The position numbers and the translations under genes are program-made. DNA of 64,000 nt from an uncultured virus (IMG/VR IMGVR_UViG_3300045926_000127) (Duplodnaviria > Heunggongvirae > Uroviricota > Caudoviricetes), in the IMG/VR virus record IMGVR_UViG_3300045926_000127. The stretch is one strand, 5' to 3'. Shown here piece by piece: positions 16,420 through 26,866 of the stretch. The notes beneath the pieces are model-generated. The model saw only the letters and a list, made by a program, of their open reading frames with translations. It searched no databases and was not told the origin of the DNA. The number at the start of each line of letters is the position of its first letter. The stretch's first letter is position 1.

Positions 16420-18725
16420 GTGACGCTCGAATCGGTTGGCGTCGGCGCGGCGTTGGGCGCAAGGAGCGTCACAAGATCGCGCGTCAGCTTGTCGATAGCC
16501 GCGTCGGTTGCCGCCTTGCATTGATCGACCGCGGCGACGATAGAGTCGACCGGCAGCGGCGGCTCGGGCTCGGGCTCCGGCGCCGCCTTGATATAGGTGG
16601 CAACTTGCGCGAGGAGCGCCTCGGCCTCGGCGCGTATCTCGACCTCTTGCCGAACGATCGGTCCCCAATGGTTGTAGAGCACGCGCACGCCGACCGCGCA
16701 CATATCAGTGGCGAAGGCCGGGCATGACTTGGCGAGGTCTTGGAATTGCCGCCCATCGCCGGTGCCATAGCTTTGCGTGTCCTTGATCGTAATGCCGCGC
16801 TTGAAAATTTCCGCGAAGGAAGGTTCGCTGCCCGCCTCGTAGCGGTCGAGCAGCTTCGGCATTTCCGGCGAGGCCGCCGCGCTATTCCATGACTGCTGAA
16901 ACAGCCCGGCCTCGGCGGTGTTCGCCGTGACATTGCTCGCGGTCATGTCGCGGCCTTCGGTATAGTTGCCGCTGCTCTCCCGCATGCCGAGCCCATAGAG
17001 CATGACGAAAGCCTTGCGCAGCACATTCTCGTCGCCGCTCGCAACAATGCCGTAGTAGGCCAGCGCGTCCTTGCTGTTGGCTCCTATCGGCGCCGCCATG
17101 GCAACCGCGCTTGAGTCGCGGGCGATCAGCTTGCGGAGGCTTTGCGCGAACATCACCGCCATGCCTTGCGTATAGCCGATAGGCGCCCGGCCGCGATCTT
17201 GCCAAGCGTAGGTCGCTATCGCCGAGCGCTCCGCCATGGCGCAAACGTCCGCGATCTCTTGCGCCGTGAGCGGGTGATAGTCGGTCGGCGGGAGCGGGCT
17301 CATGCCCTCAAATAGCGCCGTCCATGTTTGCTGACCGACGATGCCGTCAACCTCAAGCCCGCGCGCGCTCTGATAAGTCTTAACCGCTTGCTCGGTGAGC
17401 GCGCCAAAGTCGCCGTCCTCCTCAAGCTGCGGAGAGGCGCCTTGTGCGTTCAACATTTTCTGCAAGACCACCACCGCATCGCCCGTGCTCTGAATCATGA
17501 GCATGGGCATGTCGGTCGGTTGCACGACATAATTCTCGACCGGCGGCGCCCGGCGCACGAAGTGCGGCGCCTTGCTGAAAGCGGTCTCGGTGACGGTGTT
17601 GCTTTGGTTGCCGCCGATATATCTGCGCGGGCTCACGCTCGATATGAAAGCGATGTGGTGGAGATCGGAATACTCGAACAGCGCAATGTCGCCGACCTTC
17701 TCCGCGCCGCTGGCAACCGGCGTGCCGAACGGCTCCCACGCATCGACATACATCCAGCCGCCGACGCCGAAGTCCGCAAGCGGCGGCTCGATGCCGAAGC
17801 GCGCCATTTTGTCCGCGATATAGATGCCGCACCATGCGGTGCTCGGCCCGGCTTGCGCGGCATACTTTGCATGTGAAGGGAAGGCGCGGCCGACGCGCGC
17901 CGCCAGCATCGGCACATCGGAGCCGTCTTTATATCTCGGCGGCGGCCCGAGGTCCTCGCGCATCTCCTTCACCCATGGCGTCCCGCTGATCACGATAGGA
18001 GGCACGGGCGGCGAGTCGGGCGGCGAGCTCGCGAGCGCTGGCCGCATGATGTTGAAGTGGGTCTCGTATTCGCCGCTTGGCGAATTGGTGACGCCGAAGT
18101 CCAGCAAGCCGAGCGCCGTGGCCTCCGCCGCGATCTTGTCCGCCCATGCGCGTCCCTCCTCCTCATAGCTCACCACGCGGATCGAGAGGTCGGGCTTGCC
18201 AGCCGCGCGCCGCATGTCGTCGAGCTTCTTCGCGGTGGTGTCGCTCTCCTCGATAATGAGGCCAGCGCACCCGGCATGGCGAAGCAACGAGACAGGATCG
18301 CCGCCGCCGACCATGTGCGGGTTCTTCACCAGCACGCGCAAGCCTTCTTGAACGGCGGCGTCTAGCATCTGATCGGCTTGCGGCACGGTATAGGTATCGA
18401 GGTTGTCGATCTCGCCGAGCGTGAAGCCGAGCGCCTTCCACTTGCGCCATTGCGTCGCGAGGTTCTGCCAGAAATAAGCGGTGCCAAACACCGGCGCGGG
18501 CTCGCCGTACTCCTCCTCGATATCATCCGGCGGATCAATGTAGTCGATGCCGGGCTTGCGGCCCTTCTCCTCTTGCCGCGCGTTGGCATAGAAGGAAGCG
18601 ATGCCGAGGCCGGGCTTAGTGGTGGCGTCGTAGCCAACCTCGGTGGCGGCTCCGCTCTCTCCGGTATCGTTGCTCTTGCCGATCAAGTAGCGGAGCGGCA
18701 AGCCCGCCAGCGGGAACGCGGCCAT
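16416..18725 (-). CDS. Multi-domain endolysin (TIM-barrel GH-like + CHAP-like + PG-binding + lysozyme-like)
   Basis: EIDNLD...KN; AWCG...HIAF...GGNQSN; LQKMLN...DGDFG..TE.AV..YQ...GL.VDGIVG..TW; GMRESSG...AGLFQ. Confidence 0.8.
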   Translation of the reverse strand: MAAFPLAGLPLRYLIGKSNDTGESGAATEVGYDATTKPGLGIASFYANARQEEKGRKPGIDYIDPPDDIEEEYGEPAPVFGTAYFWQNLATQWRKWKALGFTLGEIDNLDTYTVPQADQMLDAAVQEGLRVLVKNPHMVGGGDPVSLLRHAGCAGLIIEESDTTAKKLDDMRRAAGKPDLSIRVVSYEEEGRAWADKIAAEATALGLLDFGVTNSPSGEYETHFNIMRPALASSPPDSPPVPPIVISGTPWVKEMREDLGPPPRYKDGSDVPMLAARVGRAFPSHAKYAAQAGPSTAWCGIYIADKMARFGIEPPLADFGVGGWMYVDAWEPFGTPVASGAEKVGDIALFEYSDLHHIAFISSVSPRRYIGGNQSNTVTETAFSKAPHFVRRAPPVENYVVQPTDMPMLMIQSTGDAVVVLQKMLNAQGASPQLEEDGDFGALTEQAVKTYQSARGLEVDGIVGQQTWTALFEGMSPLPPTDYHPLTAQEIADVCAMAERSAIATYAWQDRGRAPIGYTQGMAVMFAQSLRKLIARDSSAVAMAAPIGANSKDALAYYGIVASGDENVLRKAFVMLYGLGMRESSGNYTEGRDMTASNVTANTAEAGLFQQSWNSAAASPEMPKLLDRYEAGSEPSFAEIFKRGITIKDTQSYGTGDGRQFQDLAKSCPAFATDMCAVGVRVLYNHWGPIVRQEVEIRAEAEALLAQVATYIKAAPEPEPEPPLPVDSIVAAVDQCKAATDAAIDKLTRDLVTLLAPNAAPTPTDSSVT

Positions 18726-18741
18726 GATGTCCTCCGGCCTT

Positions 18742-21609
18742 CTAGTTTATTTGCGGCCCTAGCTCCGCCCCCGAGCCGCTCAAAGTGACAAAGCTTATGC
18801 CGTCAATGGAGGCGCCCGCCGCGCCGGGCGAGAAGCCGGAGGAGCCATTCACGCCAGCCGCGCCCGGCCCGCCGCCCGCGCCCGCGCCGCCGCCTCCTCC
18901 GGCGCCAGCCGCGCCGCCAGCATCCGCGGTGCCGCTGGCACCCGGAAATGTGCCCGCGCCGCCCACGCCCGGATTCGTGCCCGCACCACCGCCGCCGCCC
19001 TCGACTGATCCCGCGCCTTCGCCGCCGCCGCCGCCGCCATATATCTGACCATTGTTGATGAGCGCGACTGTCTTGCGCGTGTAGAAGGCCGGGCCGCCAG
19101 CAAATCCGTTTTGGCCCAACTGGTTGCCGCCGTCGCCGCCGCGCCCTTGGATGCGCGCGCCGACATCGAGGGTGACTTGCACCGTCACGCCAGCGGGCCA
19201 TGTCCCGACATCGAGCGCGGGCAACGCGGTGCTGGTCGAGCCAATGACGACGCCCGCGTTGATGATGAGAAAAATATTGTTGCCGCTGACCGGCGCGACA
19301 TAGAGCGAGTCGTGCAAGGTCCGCAAATTGACGTTCATGTTATTGGCGTCGAGAACGATCGTGCGATTCGTCGGGTTGGTGACTATCGCCTGAAAACGCA
19401 TCTCCTCCGCTTCGATATCGAACTCGTCGGCCTTCGGGTTCATGCGCGTGATCTGGATCGGGATCGTCGCTGGCTCGCCGGTATCCAATTGCAAAGGCCA
19501 CGCGGTGATCTGATAGCCGCCGCCGAGCGAGGGGTCTTGGTCTGGACTGTAGCGGCGGAACACCGCGAAGTTGAAACGCCGGGGCGGATTCCGATAGCGC
19601 GCCAACTGAATTGCATTCGAGGCCAGCGCAATTGTCTGGCCGCCCGTGCTGATCCAGCGCGTTTGCCGCTTGCGGATCACCGACTGCTGATAGTCGAGCT
19701 CGGCGGCGGCATCGACCGACTGCGCGACCGAGCGGAAGTTATCAAGCTGGTCCAGCTTCAAGAGCGGGTTGATCTGCGCGAAGTAGGTCCAGACTTGCGA
19801 CAGTCGCTTCTCGGACAGATCCTTGATCTTGAGCGTATCCTCCCGCCGATCATCCTTGGTGAAGGTTGCCGCCGTTGTCGGGATAGCGCGGAGCACTTGG
19901 AGGCGAACCAATTGCGCGCGGTCATCCCACCACACCGATAGCGCCGCTATGTCGATAATCTCGTCGATGAGATCGCGCACCGACATCGGCTCGGTGATCA
20001 CCGCGCTATAGACCTGCCCGAGGAAGGCCGCGGTCTCCGCCAGCCATGAGGCGAGCGGAATGTATGTGCTCGGGACGCCCGCGTAGGTTTGCAACAGATC
20101 GGAGATAATGTTCGCCGGATCGACGCCGTTATAGCGCACGCAAAGTTGCGCCCGCTCATCGGCCTCGTGCGCTACCGCCACGGTATTGAATTGCGCGCGC
20201 GTAATGGTCGCGCCGTCGCCGAGCGCCGAGTAGGCGGCAACCGGCGGCGTGAAATTGGCGGTGAAGTCGGCGCGCCCTTTGGTGATGCGCATCTCGTCGA
20301 TCCAGCCATTGTAGTCCAGCAAGCCATCCGTGCGCGCTCCCCATATCGGCCGCCCCGACGTGCCGCCGATGATCAGATTATCCGCGCCGATGTAGGTTGA
20401 TCCTACCTGCGTGCCGCCGACGAAGAGACGGGTACTCGTTCCCTGCCGACACAGCGCAACGTGCTGCCATGTGTTGGTGACGATCACGCCCGCCGCGCTT
20501 TGAATGCGGTTCACGTTGGTGTCATAGAAGATCACCCCGGTGCTATCGATGCGGATGCCGGGCGCGAGATCACCAACATTGAACCGGAAGTCGATCAGTT
20601 GCGAATTTTGAATGCCCGGGATGCGCATCCAAAAGTCAATTGAGAAGTCGCCCGCGCCGAAAGCAAAATCAGGATCGGCAAGCGCCGTGGTGCAGATCAA
20701 AGTATCGTCGCCGCCGTCAAACAAAACCGACGCCGCGCCGAACTTGAACTGCGCGGTATCAACCTGCGTGTTGCCACCGCGCGATACCGGCTTTGCGCCA
20801 GCCGAATCCGTGAACGTCGTCTGTCCGTCCGTTCCCTCGCCATGGCAAAGCCACGTCGCATTTTCCGTGCGCGTGAATGCGACAACTTCCGAGCCGCCCA
20901 AATTGATAAAGCCCGTGGCCGGATACTGCGCGCCGACGCCCGGCGGCGTGAGGCGCATGAAGGTCGCGCCAACAGTGATCGCAGTATCCAGCTTGCCCGC
21001 GCTCAGGAGCGGCGCTTGCGCGCGGTCGCCGTCCGCCAGCTTCAAGATGTCTTTTGCAATGACGGTGAATTGTCCGTCCCAGCTTGGCCCTTCGGTGCTC
21101 TCGATCACATAGTGCCGGGTGTCCATATCGACGAGCGCTTCGCCGAGGAGCCCACGGATCACCCGAATGTTGCGGCCTTGCAAGAAGGGATGCCGCGTCT
21201 TGAATTTTCCGAAGTGCGACCCTTGCCGATACGGGTCGTAAGTCCGCTCGGATACATACTTGTCATAGCCGGTGCCGGTGTCGCTGTGCGGGCTGTCCCG
21301 GAACACCACCTTGAGTGAGGCGCGCCCGCCGAGGCTCTCGCCGGGCTCAAGCGTGCCGGGCGTTAGCTCCACTGAAATGATGTTCGGCATCGCTTCGATA
21401 TTCTTCGGCAAGTAGGCCGCTGGCATGGCGAAGCGGAGCGTGGCGCCGAGGTCGGTGAAGTTCGCAATATCCTGACAGGTGACGCGGGAGTTGAAGCACT
21501 TCTTTGTCCCGGTCGGCGGCGAGGAGGAGAGCGACGCCTGACATGGCGGCACGCCATAGGTCAGCGAGCAATAGTCGATGTCGATCTCTACATAGGTTAG
21601 CGCTTTCAT
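18742..21609 (-). CDS. Tail tip/host-specificity protein with LamG insertion and Gly-rich C-terminus
   Basis: Position after tape measure and distal tail; FGAGDFSIDFW...WQHVA...GWIDEMRITKG LamG motif. Confidence 0.8.
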   Translation of the reverse strand: MKALTYVEIDIDYCSLTYGVPPCQASLSSSPPTGTKKCFNSRVTCQDIANFTDLGATLRFAMPAAYLPKNIEAMPNIISVELTPGTLEPGESLGGRASLKVVFRDSPHSDTGTGYDKYVSERTYDPYRQGSHFGKFKTRHPFLQGRNIRVIRGLLGEALVDMDTRHYVIESTEGPSWDGQFTVIAKDILKLADGDRAQAPLLSAGKLDTAITVGATFMRLTPPGVGAQYPATGFINLGGSEVVAFTRTENATWLCHGEGTDGQTTFTDSAGAKPVSRGGNTQVDTAQFKFGAASVLFDGGDDTLICTTALADPDFAFGAGDFSIDFWMRIPGIQNSQLIDFRFNVGDLAPGIRIDSTGVIFYDTNVNRIQSAAGVIVTNTWQHVALCRQGTSTRLFVGGTQVGSTYIGADNLIIGGTSGRPIWGARTDGLLDYNGWIDEMRITKGRADFTANFTPPVAAYSALGDGATITRAQFNTVAVAHEADERAQLCVRYNGVDPANIISDLLQTYAGVPSTYIPLASWLAETAAFLGQVYSAVITEPMSVRDLIDEIIDIAALSVWWDDRAQLVRLQVLRAIPTTAATFTKDDRREDTLKIKDLSEKRLSQVWTYFAQINPLLKLDQLDNFRSVAQSVDAAAELDYQQSVIRKRQTRWISTGGQTIALASNAIQLARYRNPPRRFNFAVFRRYSPDQDPSLGGGYQITAWPLQLDTGEPATIPIQITRMNPKADEFDIEAEEMRFQAIVTNPTNRTIVLDANNMNVNLRTLHDSLYVAPVSGNNIFLIINAGVVIGSTSTALPALDVGTWPAGVTVQVTLDVGARIQGRGGDGGNQLGQNGFAGGPAFYTRKTVALINNGQIYGGGGGGEGAGSVEGGGGGAGTNPGVGGAGTFPGASGTADAGGAAGAGGGGGAGAGGGPGAAGVNGSSGFSPGAAGASIDGISFVTLSGSGAELGPQIN

Positions 21610-23705
21610 GCCTCGCCCGACATCTTGAGCGCTACCGCGACGCGTTGCGTCACTGGGTCAGTCGTTGGGTCCGGGTCATCGAGCAAACTCACGAAGCCGA
21701 CTTCGGCCGGATAATCGACCGGGTTCCATGCAAAGAAAAATGGGTTTTCCATTGCCGCTGCAAGGAACGGGTCGAAGTTCGCGCGATACCATGCGGGCGT
21801 GAACCATTTGAAGTCGGCAACGCTCTCGCGCCATTCGCCGAGCACAATGCGACCGATATGCTTGCCGCTCTCCGCCTTGCCGATGGCAACGCGCGACTGC
21901 CTGCCATGGTCAATGACAACGTGCCCGACGTTGACGTCGAGGCTTCGCTCTAGCTCAAGCGCGAGGCCCGCGTACATGACGCCGATCTCCGGCGCGGCCG
22001 AGCCGGGGAGGAGCTGCAAGGTAACGCGCGAATAAACGGCGGGCGCAAATTGCATGATGATCGGACCATTGGTGCTCGGCACCCGCGACATGGCCGTGCG
22101 CGAAGGTGGCGTGAAGTTGCCGGTCCAGCGAACCGTGTCACGAATGAAACGGAAGTTGTCGATCCAGCCTTTCCATTCTCCGCTCGCGAACTCACCGGCG
22201 CGGCCGACCGAAATATTATTGACGCTCGCATTGACCGAGCCCGAGACAGGCGCGGTCGCAACAAGCACCCCGTCGATGAAAAGCAAGAGCGTGTTGCCCG
22301 AGCGCGAGAACGCAAGGTGATGCCAGCCGGGAGTTTGCTGCCCGTTGTATGGCGTCGGGCTTGAGACGGCGAACTCGGTTGAGCCGACATAGACCACGCC
22401 GCGCATGAAGCCCGCCGCGTTGCGCTCGATCAGGAACGAAACGCTGGTCGGCGTCACCGACGCATCGCATTGCCCGGCTAGCTCCCGATAGACTCCACCC
22501 ACGTCCGTTGGGTCGAGATAGAACCAAGTGTCGAATGTGAACGGCGCGGTGCCGAGCGCGAGGAATGCCGCCGCCGTGATGTAATCCCCAACGCCATCGA
22601 AGTATCCCGCCGGAACGCCGCCGACATTGTTTTGAATCACCGCATTGCCTTGCGTCGACCAAAGGCGTTCATAGCGCCCCTCGTCCTTGAAGTTGGTCGG
22701 CCCCCATGTGTTGTCCATCCAGAGGAGAATCTCCTCGGCCTCATTGCGAACCGGGAAAACATCCGCGACGGACATTTCAAACGGCGCGGTCGGCCTCGCA
22801 AAGTTTGCGGTGTAGAGCGCTTGCCCCACTGTTAGACGAAACTCATCCATCACTCCTTGCATAAAGAAGTTGTTGATCTCGCCCGGCCGCCCTATCGCCC
22901 ATTGGTTAGCACTATCGTTCACCGAGCCAGTGATCGCGGCGCTGCCATCTTGCACGCCGTCGATGAAAAGCTTGACCGTCGAGCCTTGCCGAACGAATGC
23001 AAGGTGGTGCCACCCAACGTTTGAGGAGGCATGATAGGTCGCCGCCGTGACCGCGGTTGAGCCCGTGCTGCCGACCATCGCCGTCGCGGCAATTTGGTTT
23101 GCTGCGTTGCGCTCCACATAGAGCGAAGCCGTCGAGGATGTCCCGGTGCTGTTGATCTGCCCGCAGAAATATCGCGACGCGCCGCCGAGGTCGGTCAGAT
23201 AAAACCAGAACTCCAATGTCCAGTCGCCCGCGCCGAGCGTGAAGTTGCCGCTGTCGGGCGTGCTGATCCAGTCGCCCGCGCCGTCGAATAGGCCAGCCGA
23301 GACGCCGAAGCGTTGAAGTGAATTGTTAAGTTGCGCGTTGCCGTTCGCGGTCCAGACATTGCCGACCTCGTCGGTGAAAACGGTGGTGCCGGTAATGCCA
23401 TTAAAATGCAGCATCATGCGCGTGCTCGGCGGCGGCGCCTGATAGGCGGTCGCTTGAATGCCGCTTTGTACGGTCGCGAGATTATGTGCCGCGAACGCGA
23501 GGTAGCTCACTTGCGTTTGCGGCGGCACCACAATGACTCGTTGTTGCGTCGCGACGGCCGAGCGCCACAGCAAATTGACCGCCGGGTTCGCCATGTTGCT
23601 TGCCGGATATCCGGCGGCCGAACTATCGGCGGAAATATTGGTCGGCGTCACCACGTTGTGCCAGCCGATCAACGGGTTGCGTTGCGAGGAGGAGGTTATC
23701 AGCAT
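21606..23705 (-). CDS. Distal tail-like protein with two LamG domains
   Basis: Two GDWTLEFW/PFTFDTW...WHHLAF...D.FR repeats. Confidence 0.75.
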   Translation of the reverse strand: MLITSSSQRNPLIGWHNVVTPTNISADSSAAGYPASNMANPAVNLLWRSAVATQQRVIVVPPQTQVSYLAFAAHNLATVQSGIQATAYQAPPPSTRMMLHFNGITGTTVFTDEVGNVWTANGNAQLNNSLQRFGVSAGLFDGAGDWISTPDSGNFTLGAGDWTLEFWFYLTDLGGASRYFCGQINSTGTSSTASLYVERNAANQIAATAMVGSTGSTAVTAATYHASSNVGWHHLAFVRQGSTVKLFIDGVQDGSAAITGSVNDSANQWAIGRPGEINNFFMQGVMDEFRLTVGQALYTANFARPTAPFEMSVADVFPVRNEAEEILLWMDNTWGPTNFKDEGRYERLWSTQGNAVIQNNVGGVPAGYFDGVGDYITAAAFLALGTAPFTFDTWFYLDPTDVGGVYRELAGQCDASVTPTSVSFLIERNAAGFMRGVVYVGSTEFAVSSPTPYNGQQTPGWHHLAFSRSGNTLLLFIDGVLVATAPVSGSVNASVNNISVGRAGEFASGEWKGWIDNFRFIRDTVRWTGNFTPPSRTAMSRVPSTNGPIIMQFAPAVYSRVTLQLLPGSAAPEIGVMYAGLALELERSLDVNVGHVVIDHGRQSRVAIGKAESGKHIGRIVLGEWRESVADFKWFTPAWYRANFDPFLAAAMENPFFFAWNPVDYPAEVGFVSLLDDPDPTTDPVTQRVAVALKMSGEA

Positions 23706-23711
23706 GGCCGA

Positions 23712-25733
23712 TCACACCGCGAATTTGAGTCGATAGCCATCCCGATTCGCCGCATTGAGCGCCTCGGTCAAATTGCGCAAGTCGTCGAGCGTGAATAGCT
23801 CCGAGATACTCCGCCCCCTGATCACAATTTCGTTCGGCGTGCTGCGGCTCGCCTCGCCGCCGCCCGTGCGCGCCCCCATCACCTCGGCCGCTGGCGTGAT
23901 CTCGACCCGCTCGCCGCTCGCGAGATTAAGCGGCACCAGCCGGTTGTCGGTCCCGCTCGACCCGCCGGGCACCTCGAAGGCGCCGCCGAGCGCAAAGCTA
24001 GGCAGCACGCCCTTGATGCTCGCCACGAACGCTAGGCCCTTCGCCAGCGCGGCGGCGGCGGCGACATAGCTCGCCGGAGGCGGCAATGTCGAGAAGGCCA
24101 GCGAGGCCGCCCGGTAGGCATTGATGAGCGCCTCGGCAATGGCGAAGCCTTGCGAGATTTTGAATAGCGTCCCGCCTTCCTTGGCGAAGGCGCCGGTGAT
24201 CGTCTTGAGCGTGCCCGCGACGCTCGCCGCCATTTGCTCGGTGGTCATTTCAAACTTCTGCTCCACCTTGGAGAGCGCCAGCGCCGTCGCCTCGGAGCTA
24301 GCGCCCGCCGCCTTCATGGCCTCGCTGGTTCGCAATAGCTCATCTTGATAGCGCACCATCGGGTCACGGTTCTCTTGCAAGAGCCGCAAGCCTTCAAGCT
24401 TGAGCGCGAGCCCGCCAGCGGTGGTGCCCAACTCCTCGAGCTTGGCGCGATAGGTCTCGGTTATCGGAATGCTGGCCGCGTGCGCCGCCTGCAAGCCTTG
24501 CTCTACGACCTTGGCCTTCTCCTTCACTGCGGTGTTGTCGAAGAAGGTCCGCGTCTCGGCTTGCATCGCGACGATATTTTTCTCGACGCTCTTGATGTAG
24601 CTCTCTAGCGCCTTGGTATCTACCGGCTTGCTCAACTCGGCCATGCCGACCGCAGCGCGCACCGTTTGCAACGTCAGCTTTTCAAGATGGATCGCCGCCC
24701 CGGCCGCGCCCGCCGAGAGCCCAGTGAACAACGCGACGGTTTGCCCAGTCTCGCGCGCCAGCGCGACCATATCGTCCTTGAACTTGAGCACCGCCGCCCC
24801 GGCGCCGCTGAAGTCTCCCGACTTCAATTTGCCAGCGACCTCGACCAGCGCGAACAATTCGAGCGTGAGGAATTTGAATTGCGACGCCGTCAGCGTCACA
24901 ATTGTGCCGACGCCGCGCAGCACAAAGCCGATAGCGGTGCCCACCGTCTCGAACGACTTGCCGCTCTTACTCGACTTGACGAATTCCTCGGAGAGAAGAT
25001 TCAGCGCGGGCAACATCCCCACGGTCATTTGCAAGACGATCCCTTCGGTCGCCTTGCTCATCCGCTTCATGTTGTCGTTGAATTCTTGCGCCGCGTCCGA
25101 TGTGCCCTTGGAAAGCGTAAGCCCTAGCTTCTGCGCCTCCTCTTCGAGCTTCTCGATTCCGCCGCGCCCCATATTGAGAAATGGGATCATCGCGGCGGCA
25201 TTCTTGCCGAAGAGTTCGTAGGCAATTGCGGTCTTGGCCGCGCCGTCCTCGGCCGCAAGGAAGCGGTCGGAGATTCGGAGCAATGCCTCCCGGCCGGTAA
25301 TGAGTTTGCCCTCGGCGTCGCGCACATTGATGCCGAGGTTCTTGAATGCCTCCGCCGCTTCGCCTGTCGGCTTGGAGCCCGCATCGACCAGCGAGCGGGA
25401 CAGCTTGACGATGCCTTTCTCTAGTTGCGCGATCTCCACGTCCGCCAGCTTGGCGGCGTAGGCCATGCCGGAGAATTCCTCGACCGGCATGCCGATAGCT
25501 TGCGCCGCCTTGCCGAGATCGTCGGCCGACTTCAATGCTTCTTTGAAAGCATGGATCGTCGCCTCGACCGACTTCTCGACCGCGCGCTCAAGCGCAATGC
25601 CGGTGAATATTTTCTTGACGCCAGCGGCGAAGCCTTCGGTTTGCTTGCTCGCCTTCTTGAGTCCGTCCTCATAGGAGGCGGTGTCCGCTCCGAAGATGAC
25701 GCGCAGTGCGCCGACAATGGAGGAGCCAGCCAT
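23712..25733 (-). CDS. Tail tape measure protein
   Basis: Ala-rich helical 673 aa; AYELFGKNAAAMIPFLN.G motif; position after chaperones. Confidence 0.9.
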   Translation of the reverse strand: MAGSSIVGALRVIFGADTASYEDGLKKASKQTEGFAAGVKKIFTGIALERAVEKSVEATIHAFKEALKSADDLGKAAQAIGMPVEEFSGMAYAAKLADVEIAQLEKGIVKLSRSLVDAGSKPTGEAAEAFKNLGINVRDAEGKLITGREALLRISDRFLAAEDGAAKTAIAYELFGKNAAAMIPFLNMGRGGIEKLEEEAQKLGLTLSKGTSDAAQEFNDNMKRMSKATEGIVLQMTVGMLPALNLLSEEFVKSSKSGKSFETVGTAIGFVLRGVGTIVTLTASQFKFLTLELFALVEVAGKLKSGDFSGAGAAVLKFKDDMVALARETGQTVALFTGLSAGAAGAAIHLEKLTLQTVRAAVGMAELSKPVDTKALESYIKSVEKNIVAMQAETRTFFDNTAVKEKAKVVEQGLQAAHAASIPITETYRAKLEELGTTAGGLALKLEGLRLLQENRDPMVRYQDELLRTSEAMKAAGASSEATALALSKVEQKFEMTTEQMAASVAGTLKTITGAFAKEGGTLFKISQGFAIAEALINAYRAASLAFSTLPPPASYVAAAAALAKGLAFVASIKGVLPSFALGGAFEVPGGSSGTDNRLVPLNLASGERVEITPAAEVMGARTGGGEASRSTPNEIVIRGRSISELFTLDDLRNLTEALNAANRDGYRLKFAV

Positions 25734-25736
25734 GTG

Positions 25737-26069
25737 CTATTTCCGTTGCTGCCTTTGCGACATCGCTTCCATGATCGCGAACTGCTCCTCCCAGCTTTGG
25801 CGCGGCTTCGGCTTCGGCTTGCGCACGACCTTGCGCTTGACTTGCATTTTGTCGAGCCGCGTCATTCGCTTCTCGCGCATAAGGCTGGCGGTGTGCCAAG
25901 CGAGCCACGCCAGTTCATTGTGCCGCCGAATCAGTACGTTCTGCCGGGCGGCAAGTATCAAGTCGATCTCGCGCGGGGTCTTGTCCCAGAAGGCGTCCGG
26001 ATCAAGTTCGTATTCGATCCAGATCGCCCAATACTCTAGGTCGTCGGACCCCGCGTCGGAGGGTTTCCC
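25737..26069 (-). CDS. Tail assembly chaperone GT extension (reached by -1 frameshift)
   Basis: Open -1 frame GKPSDAGSDDLEYWAIW...FWDKTPREI after slippery site. Confidence 0.75.
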   Translation of the reverse strand, partial: GKPSDAGSDDLEYWAIWIEYELDPDAFWDKTPREIDLILAARQNVLIRRHNELAWLAWHTASLMREKRMTRLDKMQVKRKVVRKPKPKPRQSWEEQFAIMEAMSQRQQRK

Positions 26070-26371
26070 GCCTCCCCTCCACCTTGCTGCAGCAACGCGG
26101 CGTTCATGATCCGCATTGCTTCGTCTTCGCTCAATTCCTCGATCATGTTCGCAATGTCGTCGTCCGACATTTCGGGATGGCACGAGAGGAGCAAGAGACG
26201 AAACATCAGGATCATGTCCTCGGCGCTTTGCGTAGCCGTATCGGAGAGCGCGCCGACAAGGCTCGGCATGGTGCGACCGAACTGCTTCTCGAACGCGCGC
26301 CGAGCGCCGAAGCTATAACGCAGCGTGTAGGTTTTGCCTCCGGTTTCGAACCGATAGTCAAACGACTTCAT
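26036..26371 (-). CDS. Tail assembly chaperone G
   Basis: Between tail tube and tape measure; ends ...EAGNPPTRGPTT. Confidence 0.8.
   Translation of the reverse strand: MKSFDYRFETGGKTYTLRYSFGARRAFEKQFGRTMPSLVGALSDTATQSAEDMILMFRLLLLSCHPEMSDDDIANMIEELSEDEAMRIMNAALLQQGGGEAGNPPTRGPTT
26063..26069 (-). other. -1 programmed frameshift slippery site G-GGA-AAC
   Basis: XXXYYYZ heptamer in frame at the end of the chaperone gene. Confidence 0.8.
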
Positions 26372-26401
26372 TTGCTGTCCTCATTTTTTTTCTGACCCGC
26401 A

Positions 26402-26848
26402 TTAGGTGGAGAAGCCTCGGGTGATCGGGCCGGTCACCTTGAACGTAACGGTCGAGCTCATCTTGTCGTCGGTCGGCACCGCCGACTCATAGCTTTGGAG
26501 TTCGACCTCGAAGGTATGCGTGACGCCGTTCGGATATCGAATGCGCGCCGTGCGCCTCCGCGTTTGCCCAACCGGCGTGTCGAGGATTTCGTGCAACTCG
26601 GTATCGCCGATGGAGCCGGGGATGTAGTTCATTTCGAACGAGGTCTCACCGCCGTCGACCAACCCGGCGATGAACTCCCGCCGCCGGTTCGGCGACTGCA
26701 TGTGCGTGACGTCGATCTGATCGACCACCGCGCTCGGCGGCGTGATGTTGTAGATTTCGCCAAGTGAGATCAGGTCGCTCGGGGAGTTGCCGCTCGTCGC
26801 GATCTCGAACGAAGAGCCGTAGCCAAGCATTGCGCCGCTTGCAGGCAT
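26402..26848 (-). CDS. Major tail (tube) protein
   Basis: IDVTHMQSP..RREFIAGLVDGGE.SF..NY.PG motif. Confidence 0.9.
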   Translation of the reverse strand: MPASGAMLGYGSSFEIATSGNSPSDLISLGEIYNITPPSAVVDQIDVTHMQSPNRRREFIAGLVDGGETSFEMNYIPGSIGDTELHEILDTPVGQTRRRTARIRYPNGVTHTFEVELQSYESAVPTDDKMSSTVTFKVTGPITRGFST

Positions 26849-26866
26849 GATAGGTCTCCTTTGTGG

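Noticed and set aside
18742..23705. Diversity-generating retroelement acting on tail genes
   Set aside because: No reverse transcriptase and no TR/VR pair differing at adenines was seen
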